A stretch of 64,000 nucleotides of DNA from Strigamia acuminata (lineage: Eukaryota), in the NCBI GenBank assembly GCA_949358305.1, contig OX442314.1, forward strand, positions 12,400,001 to 12,464,000, given 5' to 3'. The position numbers and the translations under genes are program-made. Under the pieces are notes generated by a model, which had not been told where the DNA came from, ran no database searches, and saw only the letters and a list, made by a program, of their open reading frames with translations. Below, piece after piece: positions 9,638 to 23,000 of the stretch. The first letter of the stretch is position 1, and each line of letters starts with the position of its first letter.

Positions 9638-10457
9638 TGTCGCGTCCTACTTGGTATAGGTTTAAATAGCGCTAACGTGTAATACTTTACCTGTGATCAA
9701 TTATGTAAATACCCAAATGAATACCAAATGTATGTAAATAAACAGGTAATTTATTCACCAGGCTTTATGCCTTTAAAATACACTCAGTAATAATTCTAGA
9801 GTCGACGTGGTCAGCGTCGAACAAAGGATTTCTCAAGATGGCGTCGTCGATTCCGCGTGGTCGGCGGAACAAAGGCGGCGTCTCGAGTTGTCGTTAATTC
9901 GTCACGGATTCGTCTTCACGGACGCGGTGGAATGCTCTTTCGAGTCTTCTATCCGTGCCTGTTGTCTAGGGTTTGTTTAGCGTCGCAGAGGCCTCGTCTA
10001 GGAACTTTGGGGTTCCCTACAAAGCACTCGGACACTCACTTCGGCGAATAATCGTCTGGGCGATTATTCTGGGTGATTTCACAAGGGCTATTCTCGTGCT
10101 TTCGCAGGAATAGCTCGCAAGTGACTTCGTGAGAGTTACAGTTTGCACTTTACTCAGCGATCCTCGATCAATCCTAACTTGTAGTTGAAGTTGGCCTGAC
10201 GGTGAGGTAGTTGCTGTGTTCTTGGTGTCGTTTGTGTAAGTTCTGTCTTTAGGCGGGAAACACAGCCTTTTATGCAGTGGGGTGAAGGGCCGGCGATCAA
10301 CCAATGGGGGCCGACCACCAGCCGCCTCCTCCCCCTCGGGGCACACACCTGCCATGGGGAGGTGGAGCCAACTCGGGGGGGAACGACTCTTTAATCATAG
10401 TGACTCATAGGACAAGTATCCGCCCTGGGGGGACACTTATCCAACTGGGTCACCACA
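9638..10457 (-). repeat. 5' LTR (about 820 bp)
   Basis: Minus strand begins TGTGGTGACC and ends GGACGCGACA (TG...CA, 7/10 inverted match), abuts the PBS, and has AATAAA at 9755-9750. The outer boundary is inferred because the second LTR is not in the window. Confidence 0.75.
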
Positions 10458-10858
10458 AATGTTACCCCGTGCTTCAAAGTCATCTATTCTCATCCTCCTG
10501 GTTTTTTTTTTTCCATATCAAAGCAAACACTTAGATGTTTCTCGAATGGATCGAATTTTTCAATTTACGAAGGATTTTTAACCCTGTAATAAATTGGGAA
10601 ATAATTATAAAAGAAATCTATAACTTGAGATTTAAATAAAATAAACAAAAGCGCAAGATTTTTGAATAATTACATTTTATATGGAATATAAACTCCGAAT
10701 AAATGCACCAGGCCACAATTCGTGACTTTCAGAATTAAGAAAGAGATGACGAAAAGAAAAAGGAAAAAAAAAATCCATTTTTCTTTTCTTTTCTGCGAGT
10801 TTTTTGAGGAGCGAATTTCAATTTCTTTTGTTTCTTATTCCGGTGTCGTTTTTTTCAG

Positions 10859-10906
10859 GATTCAGAGGTGGTGATGTCGTTGAACAATCTGGACACAGTC
10901 TTATGA
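10859..10906 (+). CDS. Probable terminal coding exon of a second KChIP/NCS-family gene whose upstream exons lie left of the window
   Basis: Pyrimidine-rich acceptor tttttttcAG, then DSEVVMSLNNLDTVL*. It has the same length (48 nt), phase and pattern as the last exon of the neighbouring KChIP ([15 protein letters not shown]). Confidence 0.6.
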   Translation, partial: DSEVVMSLNNLDTVL

Positions 10907-11359
10907 TCTCCACCATCCACCAGGTGACGCGAGAGATGCGAAACTCGGTCGTCATAGCAACAGACATCCCATTACCGACATTTTTCCGCTGATGGAGTCG
11001 ACTGGCCACAGTCTAAGAAACCACGAGCTCAATTCCGACTGTCCTTTCGCTAGACTCCATTAAAACGAGCCATTTTTCTCAAGCAATCACGACTACAATA
11101 ACACTGACGGTTGAGCCGTTGTTTTTTTTTTTTATTTTGTTTGTTCGGTGGCAGTGCGAGCGAAAGAAGCATTAATGAAATGCGAGTGTTATCAACGGCA
11201 CGTTTAAATTATGCATCTGGGAGGAATTTACATCTGTGGTTTGCTGATTGACGTGGGTGGCGCTTCCATCGAATTATTAGATTAATTATGTGTTTAGGGA
11301 CAGGATTTAACGTTTGGAGTGAATTTATGAGGTTTTTTTTAAATTATTTTTAAGGAAAT

Positions 11360-11944
11360 ACATGCAATTCTGTTTCTACACGGAAGATACGTTCCAGAAA
11401 AAATTGTGTACAAAAAGGCATTGAGGACCGGTATCTGAAAAAATAGGTGATAGTTCCAGGTATTTAAACTAGAGGTCGACCGATACCGGTATCGGCTATC
11501 GGCCGATATTTCGGTATTTACCGATATCGGATCCGATATTTTTTTGCGTGGCTGATACCGTATATATATATATAGAAGGTTACATTAAATTTTGAATTTT
11601 AAATTTTTTAAATAAAATAAACGCAATTTTAATTTTTTTTTGGGGGGGGGGGTCGGGGGGAGGGATCGGACATTTTATTTTTAATATCGGCACAGGTATC
11701 GGTATTGGCCAATATTCGGTTGCTGATTATCGGTATCGGCGATACTGCAAAATATCGATATTGGTCAAAGTCTAATTTAAACGTAGACAACAAACGAGGG
11801 GAATTTTCTAAATATTTCGTAGAAAATTACATTTAATGGAAATATTTTTTTCTTAAAGTTTAAATTAAATTTTTAATCGTGTTAAATCAAAATAAATGAT
11901 GTAAAAACGGAATTTCTAGGTCGTGTAAAAACAGAATTGCGTGT
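11360..11944. mobile_element. MITE (outer element), 23-bp TIR
   Basis: acatgcaattctgtttctacacg and cgtgtaaaaacagaattgcgtgt form a 21/23 inverted match. Confidence 0.6.
11470..11774. mobile_element. hAT-like MITE with an 8-bp TSD, nested in the previous element
   Basis: Degenerate TIR tagaggtcgaccgata/tattggtcaaagtcta, many CCGATA/TATCGG subterminal repeats, flanked on both sides by ATTTAAAC. Confidence 0.75.
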
Positions 11945-14023
11945 TGTATACATATCGAAAATAAGTCGTGGGATTGATTTTGAAGTGTGTATTTAACGGT
12001 TTTTATATGTAGGAATGGAATAAAACGTTGTTTTAGAGTTGAGCTCATTACATATGCACTTCAAAATTTGATTGAAATTGATGGTTTTTAATTTTTTTTT
12101 AAATTATTTATTCGTGCAAGTTGCGCTGCAGATAGGAGTAGGTCATTTATTTTATTTCTAAATCATGAATTATAGGTAAAGTGTGCATAATTAATTTGAA
12201 TATAATTTTCCTAGCGTGAAGTTACGGGTTTGTAAAAGACATATCTGAATCTTGAGTTATGAGTCTTAAGGAAAAGAAAAAAAAATAATTTTTTTGTTTT
12301 AGACATGAAATTCTTGCCCTATTATTACGTGAGGATTGTATAGGTTTTACTTTAAAAATGAATCGTTTCGGTAGGAACGAAGTTGTTGATTAGACAAGCG
12401 AGGATAGTCCTTGCGAAAGACTCGATTGCATTTTAGCTTTTAGTGCCATCTGGTGGCTACTTTTAGATTTATTTCTAGTAATGGAATGGCCAAGTATTTG
12501 GCTTATGTAAGGCTTTTTAAATTAGTTTAAATAACAGAGATAATTAGGAGATCAAGAAAATTTATTTTAAACAAAAAGTATATTTTTTCGTGCTTTTTGT
12601 TTTTTAATGTAATATGAAGTTTTTATTTCTCGATTTGAATTTTTTGAGCTGGAGATTCTTTTTTTTATTTTTATTTTTCATTCTGTAAATATATAAATAT
12701 AAAAAATTTTCTTTTTTGTTCAAGTTGTACATATTAAAAAAGAAGAATTGAACTAATAAAGAGATTTAAAAGATTGCGTGCAGCTTTTATTAGAAGCCAC
12801 GTGCGGTCTACTCGTGTAAATGCAATTAATGCAAAGCAACATTTTATCGTTTTTTTTTCTTCTTCTTCATGTTTCACCGAAACCCAAACGCAGTTTCTGC
12901 AATTTTATTTCATTTTCCACGTTAGACGAAGTCAATACTGAAGTTTTAACTACGGCAAGTGGATTTTTTTTCCACTCTTGTTTTCGTGAATGTTTAACGA
13001 CATGAGACGAGTCGTACTGTCGTTAGACAGAGACTTTACGAGTTGTGCACCGCACGTCGCGACAAATTCAAGTTGAGGTGATATTTTGCTGTTTTTAAAA
13101 GTCTTGCGTGCATGCTAATAGTAGATTTTGTTTAATTACGGTGTTGTTATTGAGGTTTGTCGAAATGGGGGTCAGTTGTTAGCGGTATTCGAAAGATGTT
13201 GAGGAAGATGTCTCCATGACAACAAGTTCGCAATGGATGGAAAGTGGCTCCGAATAACTAGAGGAATTATCGATTTTCGATATATTTTTTTTGAATTATT
13301 AAACACCAATGTACGAGTTAAATTAAATTATAAATAGTACAGTTTTTACGAAGTATCTTAAAATAACATTTTAAATTTTTTTTTCGTTCCAATTTCGGTT
13401 TATTCGTTACAAGTATTAAACAACAAACATGTCGGTATAATAATATATAAATAACTAGAAAAAAAATTAACGTTTTAATAGTCTGTACGATTTGTATTTG
13501 ATTTTTAAATCAAATACTGTGAAGCCGAGAGAACAAAATCTAATAATAATGACAATAAAATAAACGTTGTGACGTCATAATCCCATGATTCCTCGCTCGA
13601 AATTCAAAGATGGACGAATTGTGAGTATAGAAATGTAACGAGTTTTTCGCTGATTTTCAATATTTACCGATAATTATTTGAAAAACAGGTTCGTATATTT
13701 ATTTCAGGGACAAAATTGCAAACAAGTTGAATGAAATAATGATATATAAGAAACAACAACTTTGTCGCCATTTTGCAAAAATATTTTACGAATTTGATTA
13801 GTTAGAATATTTCTTTTGTTTCAGATATGCGTTGAATGAGAAATGTTTCATGACAAGAAGTCATGAAGGATTCGAATCGAGTTTTTACTGTAACTCAACA
13901 ACGTTGCATTTTTCGCAGCTCTTGCGACGGGGACTCGATCAAATTTAATTCTTGTGAGACCAGCAGATTTAAGGCGGCCTCTATTTCGAGAGAATTCCAC
14001 AGGGCGCTTTAAATCTATTTGCT

Positions 14024-17000
14024 TCACAGGATGGTATCCAGAAGACTCATAGATTTTGCAATCGTTTCATCCTGCAAAATAAATTGCACCATTAAAAATG
14101 GAGGAATTGTAGTGAGAAACGTCAACATGGGTTTTAATTTAATTTATGTCTTGCAAAACATGTTGAATTTTTATCTTTTGGACAAAAAATTGCATTTTTT
14201 AGTACATTTTTTGTGATGGAGGAAAGTTATTTTGCTTTTAATTCATTGAATTTGAATTATATTGAAAGATTTTTGAAATATTTCCGGGTATTTCATTGAA
14301 ATTCAATGAAATTCTCGTGTTGCCAGGCGGCAATCACATTCCCAAGAGGTTTGGTTGCCATAACAATCACATAACGTATCAAAAAAATCAAGCCAAACCT
14401 CAAGATCGTTATTTAGAGGAAATAAATATTGAAAATGCATTCACCTTCATACACATCTCCATGAATTCATCAATTGTGATCACTCCGTCCCGGTTTAAAT
14501 CAAGTCTCTGTAAAGAAAAAAACAAATTAACAGCAGATTTTTCATTTCTTTTTTATTAATTTCGAAAAAAATAATAATAATCTTGCATATACACCATATT
14601 TTTTCGAGTCTAAACGGCGTCTTAGAATCGAAGAAATGCGGTGTATTAAAAAATTAATAACTTTTATTGATGCATTTCAGGACATTGATCGAGCATACAT
14701 TTATTAATGTGAAATTTAAAAAATCCCCATTACGGAACACGTTCGGATTCAATTAATGTCACATCTATTAGTTTTCGTAATGACATTGGACATATTTTAA
14801 TGGGAAAGTGGCAGTCAATGGAGGAGACCCGTTGCTGCGATGCTCGACTAATATGGAAATTGTAAGTTATTCACTTTTTATTATTTATAATTTTAATCAA
14901 GTGGAAGTGGTTATTTTTGAAATAATGTTCTAAATGTTGCCACTGGTCTCAGATTAACTCTCTTGACCTCGTTCCGCCTTCATTTTATTACAATTATTTC
15001 TTATCTATGCAATCTACTCGACTTTATGCTAACATAAATGAAATCAGATTTTATGTTGTTTTCGGGCATAACGTATTGCGGTTCAAACTAACGAAGTTTC
15101 GTTTGATTAAATTTAATCTTTGGTCTAATTTTTTATGTAAAAATCAATAGAACTCTTACATCGTTTCAGATTATCACACAAAAAAATCTTAACCACTCAT
15201 TTTGCAAATAATCATCAGGACTTTCTTAATGTCTGGTTGCGATTTAAGAAAGACACTTAAATGCCATTAGTTGTGAGTTAAATCTCGTAAATGTTGGTTT
15301 ATAATGTGTTACGTCCAGCGAGGACTGTCCAGAATGGGTTCAGTGAGTGCCATTCGCCTAGCCAACCATAAATGGTCAGTAAAACGAGCTAGGAATACTC
15401 ATCAATTAGCACTGGTATGCACATTTTATTGCGATTAAAAGGAAATTGCAGGCCACGTAAGGTGCTTTTGCAAGATGATTTAAATTTGCTATTCAACATG
15501 CTACGATGTTGTCATCTAAAAGAAAAGCAGTCGCATCTAGTGAAAATTATTCTTTCATTTCTTTATTTCCCTGGGCTCGAATATTTCTGCTGGCAAAATC
15601 CACTCCTTGAATGCAGAGGAGGAAACAAAAAGAAAAGTCCAAAGGGCATTAATTGAAGATATTCTTGTCAGTACAGATGGAGAACACTTGAATTGCATTT
15701 ACAACGTAGTAATTTTTATATACATTTGTTTGGTGAGCATTTTAAGCAATATTTCTACAGTCGAGCTTTGTTAAGCCTTGTTCACATTTGCGATTTTATC
15801 ACGCGGATGTGAGCTTGTGGACTGCGTATTCGCAAAGTAGGTGTGAGTGGGTTTACATTACACCACCGTCGCGAATCACTAGCGGTTTTTACTCAAAACA
15901 ATCCTACAATTCCGTAATCAAAAATAGCGTCAATAAAATCACTGGTGTGTGGTGTTGAAACGTGGAGTCATGTTTGAAACGTGACGTCATCAGATGGAAA
16001 AAGTTGCGCAGAAAAATAGAATAGAAATAAATTTTATTTCCAAAATCCGCCGTGAATCCGCATTTGTAGCAGGAAGTGACGAACATGACGTCATTTTTAG
16101 GTGCGTATCCGCGACGTTATCGCAAGTGTGAACCACGCTTTGTAATGAATTGCAAGGGACCCGAGAAATCGGTTCGTTATAATATAACAAAAGTTTGTTC
16201 TATCAAAGTTTTTTAACACGGTGTTCTATGGCTAACCAACCAACCAAGCCATTTTTATATACCGTATTTTACCGATTAAGAGTCGCCCTCGAATAAGAGC
16301 CACAACCGAGAGAGGCGATTTGATATAAGAGCTGCGGCTATATACGTTCAATGAACGTAACAGTGAGATATCGGCCGCTATTTATAATAAGAGTCGGCCT
16401 CGATTAATAGCCGCAGCTGAAAGTGGCAATTTTGAATAAGAGCCGCGGCTCTTACTCGGTAAAATACGGAATTCGGTATTCCAAAAAATTCGTTATATCG
16501 CGGTTCGTTATACGAGGGTTGACTGTACGGTGACAAAAAGGTGGCATCAAAATGACCGGCTTTTGGTTTAAGTTGACGAAATGTTTGTCAACCAGGTGAA
16601 CAAACCCCTAATAGGTCACTTTAGATCAATAATAGTGACTTATAATCACTGATGACCGTGAACGCACTTAAACAATACATTTGCCAGAGTGTTAGTACAA
16701 ATGAAAGGTCATCATCTCAGCTAATCAAAACACATGCTAGGAACTGAGGGTCGTCTTTGTTAGTTGGAGCGCTCTAATGTGATCAGTGGTTTCTTAATAA
16801 AGCGAACAAATTATTGGGACTTTTTTCCCCGCTGACAAGAGAATTAGACTGTCTGGGCGGATAGAGTATGATTGTCTACTAGTATTTGTTTCACGATTAG
16901 ATTTCCATTGCATGTTTTGTTTTCAATTGTTTGTGCTTAAGACACGATCGAGGGGTGTGACCACACGGCGCCAAAACTTAATTCGACGACTATACTCTGG

Positions 17001-20000
17001 CATACTATAAGAGTGGCCTTTCTCCCATTGACTGAGCCATTTTACTGGTGTAGTGATACCAAAAAATAGACCCAAACACCAGAATTACACTTGATGTGCA
17101 GACGTTGTATTAAAAATTCAAAAATTGTTTGCTTTCCTGATAAAGCAACCAATAAACTGAAACACATGCACAAAAACATTTGTACAGAGTACAGGGCACT
17201 GATAAGACATGGATCTAGCCTTGTTGGATACTCGGCCCATGCACACATTATGTACAGAAACACAATGGTGTAAAACGTGCTTCGCCTTGCAGGATATTCC
17301 AATTTGTATATTTACTACTTTTCCTTTCCTTCCAAAGTTCTTTTGTACATTTTTTCAATTTCCTCTCTTTGTACCAGCCGATTTATAGTGGCAAGGCACC
17401 ATATGAAATTGTTTTTAACTCGTAAAAGATGGCAGGTTAACTCGAAATGAAAAGCTTTTACTATTTCGTGCAAGATATATTAACTTACTTGGAAGACCCT
17501 TTCCACGTGATCTGATGTTGCTTGCTCGTCCACGCCCGGATTTGTGTATCTACCCATAAGACTATAAATGGATGTGACAATGTCCAGCATCTCATCTCTG
17601 GTGATGGAACCGTCATGGTTGATGTCGTACAAATTGAAAGCCCAGCGCAGTTTATCTTGTAAACTTCCTCTTGACAGCACCGACAGTGTGACGACGAAAT
17701 CCTTGTATGTGTATTATATGTACAGATTTAAAAAGAAGTAGAAAAGGACTGAATAAAACCGTTTTCAAGAATGATTAACTGTGTGATCGGGAACAGAAAA
17801 GGGGTCGTTGTTGATAAATGGCAGGCCACGCACAACAGATGTAAGTAAATGGGTTTTTTCTTTTTTCTTTTTTCTTTTTCTTTCAGTTTTAGAGCTAGAT
17901 CAGTGACTAGATGGTGGTTTTAACCGACATACATTTAAAGTTTTTCTTCGCTCGTTTTTGTATAGTTTGGACATGTAGATTTGTGGTGCAATAACAAGCA
18001 ATGGAAAATTTCTTGTAAATGTCCCCTCGTTTGGCAACGATTCAAGTGACCACGAGATGAGTGGGAAATTTATAGTAAAGTGGTAGACCATGGAATAAAT
18101 ATTGTTAAAAGTGTTGGGATAATGAAAAACTCAGATTCATTGAAGCAATATGTAATACACTGTATTTTATCGATTAAGCATCGCCCTCGAATAGTAGCTG
18201 CAGATCAGAGTGGCGATTTGATATAAGAGCTGCCTTCGATTAGTAGCTGGGGCTGTTATTCAAGGGGGGCTACAATTCGAGGTTTTTAATTCAAGTATCA
18301 GTTTGAAGGCAACTTCAATGGATCGTTTTGAGAATGGAAACGATCATGTGTATATGAAATAATCGTAACATAACGAATACTGTACACTCTTAGCGTACCG
18401 AAACGGTGCAAACATTGTGCCAATTGCAATAAGAGCCGCGGCTCAGAGTGCCCATTTTGAATAAGAGCCGCAGAGCCGCGACTATTAATATTTGGTAAAA
18501 TACACTAGCTGCATTCAAAAAGTCTAAAACGACTCGTTTCTGTCGTTTTAGACTTTTTGAATGCAGCTAGTATTTGAAATGCATTAAGTTTCACAAGACA
18601 CTTGAGAATGCATTTTGTTAAATATTTTATGAAATGCATTACTTAAATTTTGTGAAATGCTGCACATTTTGGAATGCATGAATTGGGCAAATCTAAAAAT
18701 ATATTGTAATGTTTTAAAGGTTTTAGGTGTTAGTTTTTGTTTTTGTATTTTTTAACGTCACAAGACAAAAACACGAACATCTAAAACACTTGTAACACGA
18801 CTTTTTTAATGCAGCTATTTTAAAAATTGCGACATGAAAAAGTTGTGGAAATTACATCACATGATACATGTGGAATTACATCACATGATCTATGGCGAAT
18901 TACGTCACATGATATATGGAATTGGGGCGTGTAAACAACACGAGCAAAGAAAATATTTTTTTAGCATTTAATTTTGCGGTAGGTACCATGGCATCTTTTA
19001 GTAGGATAGGGAGGACAAATCAATAATAAAAGTGACTAAAATTTGTATATTCACGCTGTTAATTATTTCCACACTTGAGAATTTATAAACAGGAACGGAG
19101 AAAGTGGGGATGCACAACTGCTTGTTATTCTTGTGAGTTACTCATACATAGTTAATATGAGCTTCATTTTGAAATGAAATTTGACTGCTGGTATTTTCAT
19201 TTTGACTTGTAGAATTGACAAATGGGAGTTTTTGAAACTGGATGCTCGATCCAATTTGCAGCTTTGCGTGAATAAAAAGGTTGTATGTGGGAACTTGGGG
19301 TGAAGTTAGTTGTTTTCATTGTAAAATGGGTTTTCGAGTAGTTTTCCATGTAGGTGTTTTACCATTCTGTACGTGCGCCGCAATTGACCCAGGACTATTG
19401 AAATGAGATTTGATGTTTACCTGGAAACTGATGGATCCATTCTGTTCGGGATCAAAAGTCATAAAGACGTAGTGGGCATATTGACTGGCATCTGCAATTT
19501 CACATTGCAATTGCATCTGTCAATAAGAGGATCAAGCCAGAGGACGATGTTGATCTCACCCCCTTGTGGGAAGAATTGTGCGTAAATCCCTTTGAAGGTA
19601 TCTTCGTTCACCATGCCGCTGGGACATTCCTATAAAAGAGAAAGGTGCTTTTATTTTCGACTATAGGAAAGTGAAGTGGAATTCGCCTTTATGTTCAATT
19701 GTAATTGCAAAGCGTGCGATGCGAGCGGGAAACGTGTGTGGGCAAGTACCGTTAAGGGTTAATTTGGAGCATGTTTTGTTTCGTGTCACTATAACTTTGT
19801 TCTGATGCTTACCGGGTGTGGATGATGAAATTCAGGTTTAATCCTCAGCTTAGAGATGATATGAAACTTCAAAATTGCTTTTTTTGGACGTGTTTTGAGT
19901 TATAACGTTCTTAAATTGGAAATTCTCACGTTTTCCAAAAATACAAAAATTTAATAATGGGTGAATTCAAAGTTTTTGTTTGTGTGCTTTTTCGTGTTTT

Positions 20001-23000
20001 TACATGCGAATGTGCGCGAGATTAATTACTTCGGTTTTGAGTCTGTTTATAGTTTAGATTTTGGGTTTTGCTAGTAAAGAGCAATTAAAATACCATCATT
20101 TTCACTCAGTCAAGAAATTATGGCCCACTTGTTTTAAGCCGAGCCAACCTGTCGTCTTACCCCACTTGTACAGATTATAAAATATGTAGGAATCATAACA
20201 CATTATTTTTGGCACTATGTCTTGCTGGAAGGATAAGTTAAATTCAGAAAAATGCAAATTACGACTAAACAGAAAGATCATTCAAAATAAAAACTTGGCA
20301 CATTGGATTTGCGATCTGGCACAATCATTTTTATGAATCCTTCTGTGTCTAGTCCTGTCAACATGATGAAAATTAAGGTATACAGCCGTGGACAAAAAAA
20401 CTTCTCTTCAGTTTAGCTGTTTTAAGTTAATCTATCATTATTTGCTCGGTCTATTTTTTAATAACTTACTGTTGTTAGGGCAAGACGAGAGACCGGATCA
20501 AGATTGATGTAATTGAATCTCAATGGATGTTTTATGTCATCTGGTAGATAACCTTAAAACAGCTAAACTGAAGGGAAGTTTTTTTTGTCCACGACTTTTT
20601 TTGTTAGTGAATTTTTCATTGCTAGCAATTTTAAAACTGGTAATGCGAAACTGCCTGAGATTTTGCGTAAGTTTCAGAAGGGATTGGATACGTTTTTTAA
20701 GATATCACAATTAGATCTTTCAACACTAAATGAACAATAAATCAATTCTAAACTATTCAACAGTGGGCAGAAAAAGCCGATTTGATTAATATTGACCATC
20801 ACCAACAGTGTTAGCATATCTTATTACCCAATACATCAGGGAAATGAATAAGATCAAGGCGTATCTCGTCGAAGTGTGCAGAGATTGCTTTCAAACACGA
20901 TTCTTCCAAACTCGATGCTGATTTTCTACGAGGCATGTCATGATGTTAGATGATCAGTCCTGAATGAAATGATGACAAATCAGTCAGCCATCACTTAAAT
21001 AAACAGAACTTAAACAGAACACTCTAGTTATGGTTCTTTTTGTGTTCTTTCTGTTTATGGAAACATTAAAAATAACAAAAACAAACTTGAATGCATGTAA
21101 TGTCTATACTCTTTCCGCACTCAAAAGGAGCCCTGGAAGCTGGGCTCCCATTGGCCCTATTTAATTACTCAAAACTGCAGTTGAACTACTGCTACTAGGA
21201 AAAGTAGTTCCTTATGATTTTTAGTCTATTCGTGAATAATTATGGTTGAAATGATCTACATTGATTGTTATTATGTAATAAAATGTTTTTTCTATCTTTG
21301 AAATAAGGTTTTATGTTTTTTTTAGTTAAAACAAATTTCTTTTCATTTTATTGCTTGCTGTGCCTGGAGAGCACATGTTATTTTAGCCGATCTATTACAA
21401 TGTCTGTACGCCATCACAAGTCTGGTGTTTTGGGTCTTCTTTTTGTATCAGTACTCAAGTGAAATGGCTTGGCCAATGGGAGCCCAGCTTCCAGGGCTCC
21501 TCTTGAGTGCGGAAAGAGTATAATGTGCACCGGATTTTGCATAAATTATTTATTAAAGTCATCGATTTTCCAATTTAACCCCAAGTTGAGGCCAAACAGT
21601 TAGGTACTATTTTTGTCTTCTTTTTTAACTGAATTTTAAACACATTAGAAAGTTTGCGGGATGCATTTTTCCCTTATTTTGCTCCACGATACACTATTTA
21701 AGTACCATATGGTAAGGGAAAAATCTTTAGTGTATGGTTTTTAACGCTAAAATAAAATATAGCGCAGCCAATCAGAATTCAGAACACTATGTTGCGAGGT
21801 CACGGGACACCCATTGCCGAGACCAAAGCTAATTTGACGGTCATAGGTACGTAGATTGGATGATACGTAAGGGGAAAATGCAGCCTACAAAAACTTATTT
21901 TATCATTTTTCCCTTACACTATTTTTTTTACCGTATAGTCTTAAACTGTAAGGGAATAATGCATCTCGCAAACTCTCCATTTTCTCTTTCACGGTATTCT
22001 TAAGTCTTCAGTGGTTTTAAGTGACGCGCAGTACTGCAGGGAATCAAAGGTCTTGTTTACTAGCTCGAATCTTAGACCGACCGATCATAAAAACATATTT
22101 GTTTAACACTTAGTGAGTTCAAAGAAATATTTGAGAAGTCTCAGCACATGCTGCATCTGTCACATCCCACAGTCGAGCACTTAACGTCATTCTTATCATT
22201 TCTAATTATCGAGGAAGTCGCTATCTGCGATGGCGCTATCAGCTGCCGATTATCTTTAGCTTTCCGGCAACTCCATTTTTTTTCTTCTTTTGTATTAAAA
22301 TTTTTAATTTTCAATTTGACAAATTGAAATTAGGCAATTGGACTGCTAACTTTACGAGACATGCAAATTTCACATTACAATTTCACATTACAGCAATAAC
22401 ACATCATTTATATGCAAATTTACGTAAACAAGTTAAGAAAACTTTTGTTTGCAGAGTAGATAATGCATTTAGAAGACTGAATTAGACGGAACATATTCTA
22501 AAATTCCAATTTCATTTGTCTCACGAAACAAATCACATTTGCTTAGGCAACTCCCATCACGTAGCAGCAGAAACCTGTGCATTATTACCAACACATAAGC
22601 TTACTACATTTCAAAACTGCTTCTTTACATTCGAAAAGTTTAAAACGACCGTTTCTGTCTTATGAATTTTCAAGTTTAGCTTTGTTTTTGCTGGCTGTGT
22701 CAAATTTATGCATCTGTCCAGTTTAAACTTTAATAAATGTGTTTCACACTACGCTTTGGTTGTTTGTGCAACAAGAAACAAATATTTCAAGAAGTGATGT
22801 CACAATTACAGTATAAAACGGGGTCAGATGATTTCGTTGCCACTTTTTTGCAATAAAACGCTTGTTAGTTTGATTTCTTTCACTCTGTTTCGCTTTATTG
22901 TATGTGTCCCAAACTAAGCGGGGAAATTGCCCCTCTGCACTGATAATTTTGTTAGAAGCACGAGTCAACCGCGGTGATGAAATGAATCAACCGCCACAAA

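Larger units (their letters stand above)
1..10457 (-). mobile_element. Ty3/Gypsy LTR retrotransposon (3' end and 3' LTR lie outside the window)
   Basis: On minus the order is LTR, PBS, gag, then pol with PR-RT-RH-IN domain order (Gypsy type). It is a GC-rich block that switches to AT-rich host sequence after about 10460. Both ORFs are uninterrupted. Confidence 0.97.

Noticed and set aside
10017..10355. 112-aa ORF inside the LTR
   Set aside because: Does not start at ATG, has no motif, and is expected by chance in a GC-rich LTR.
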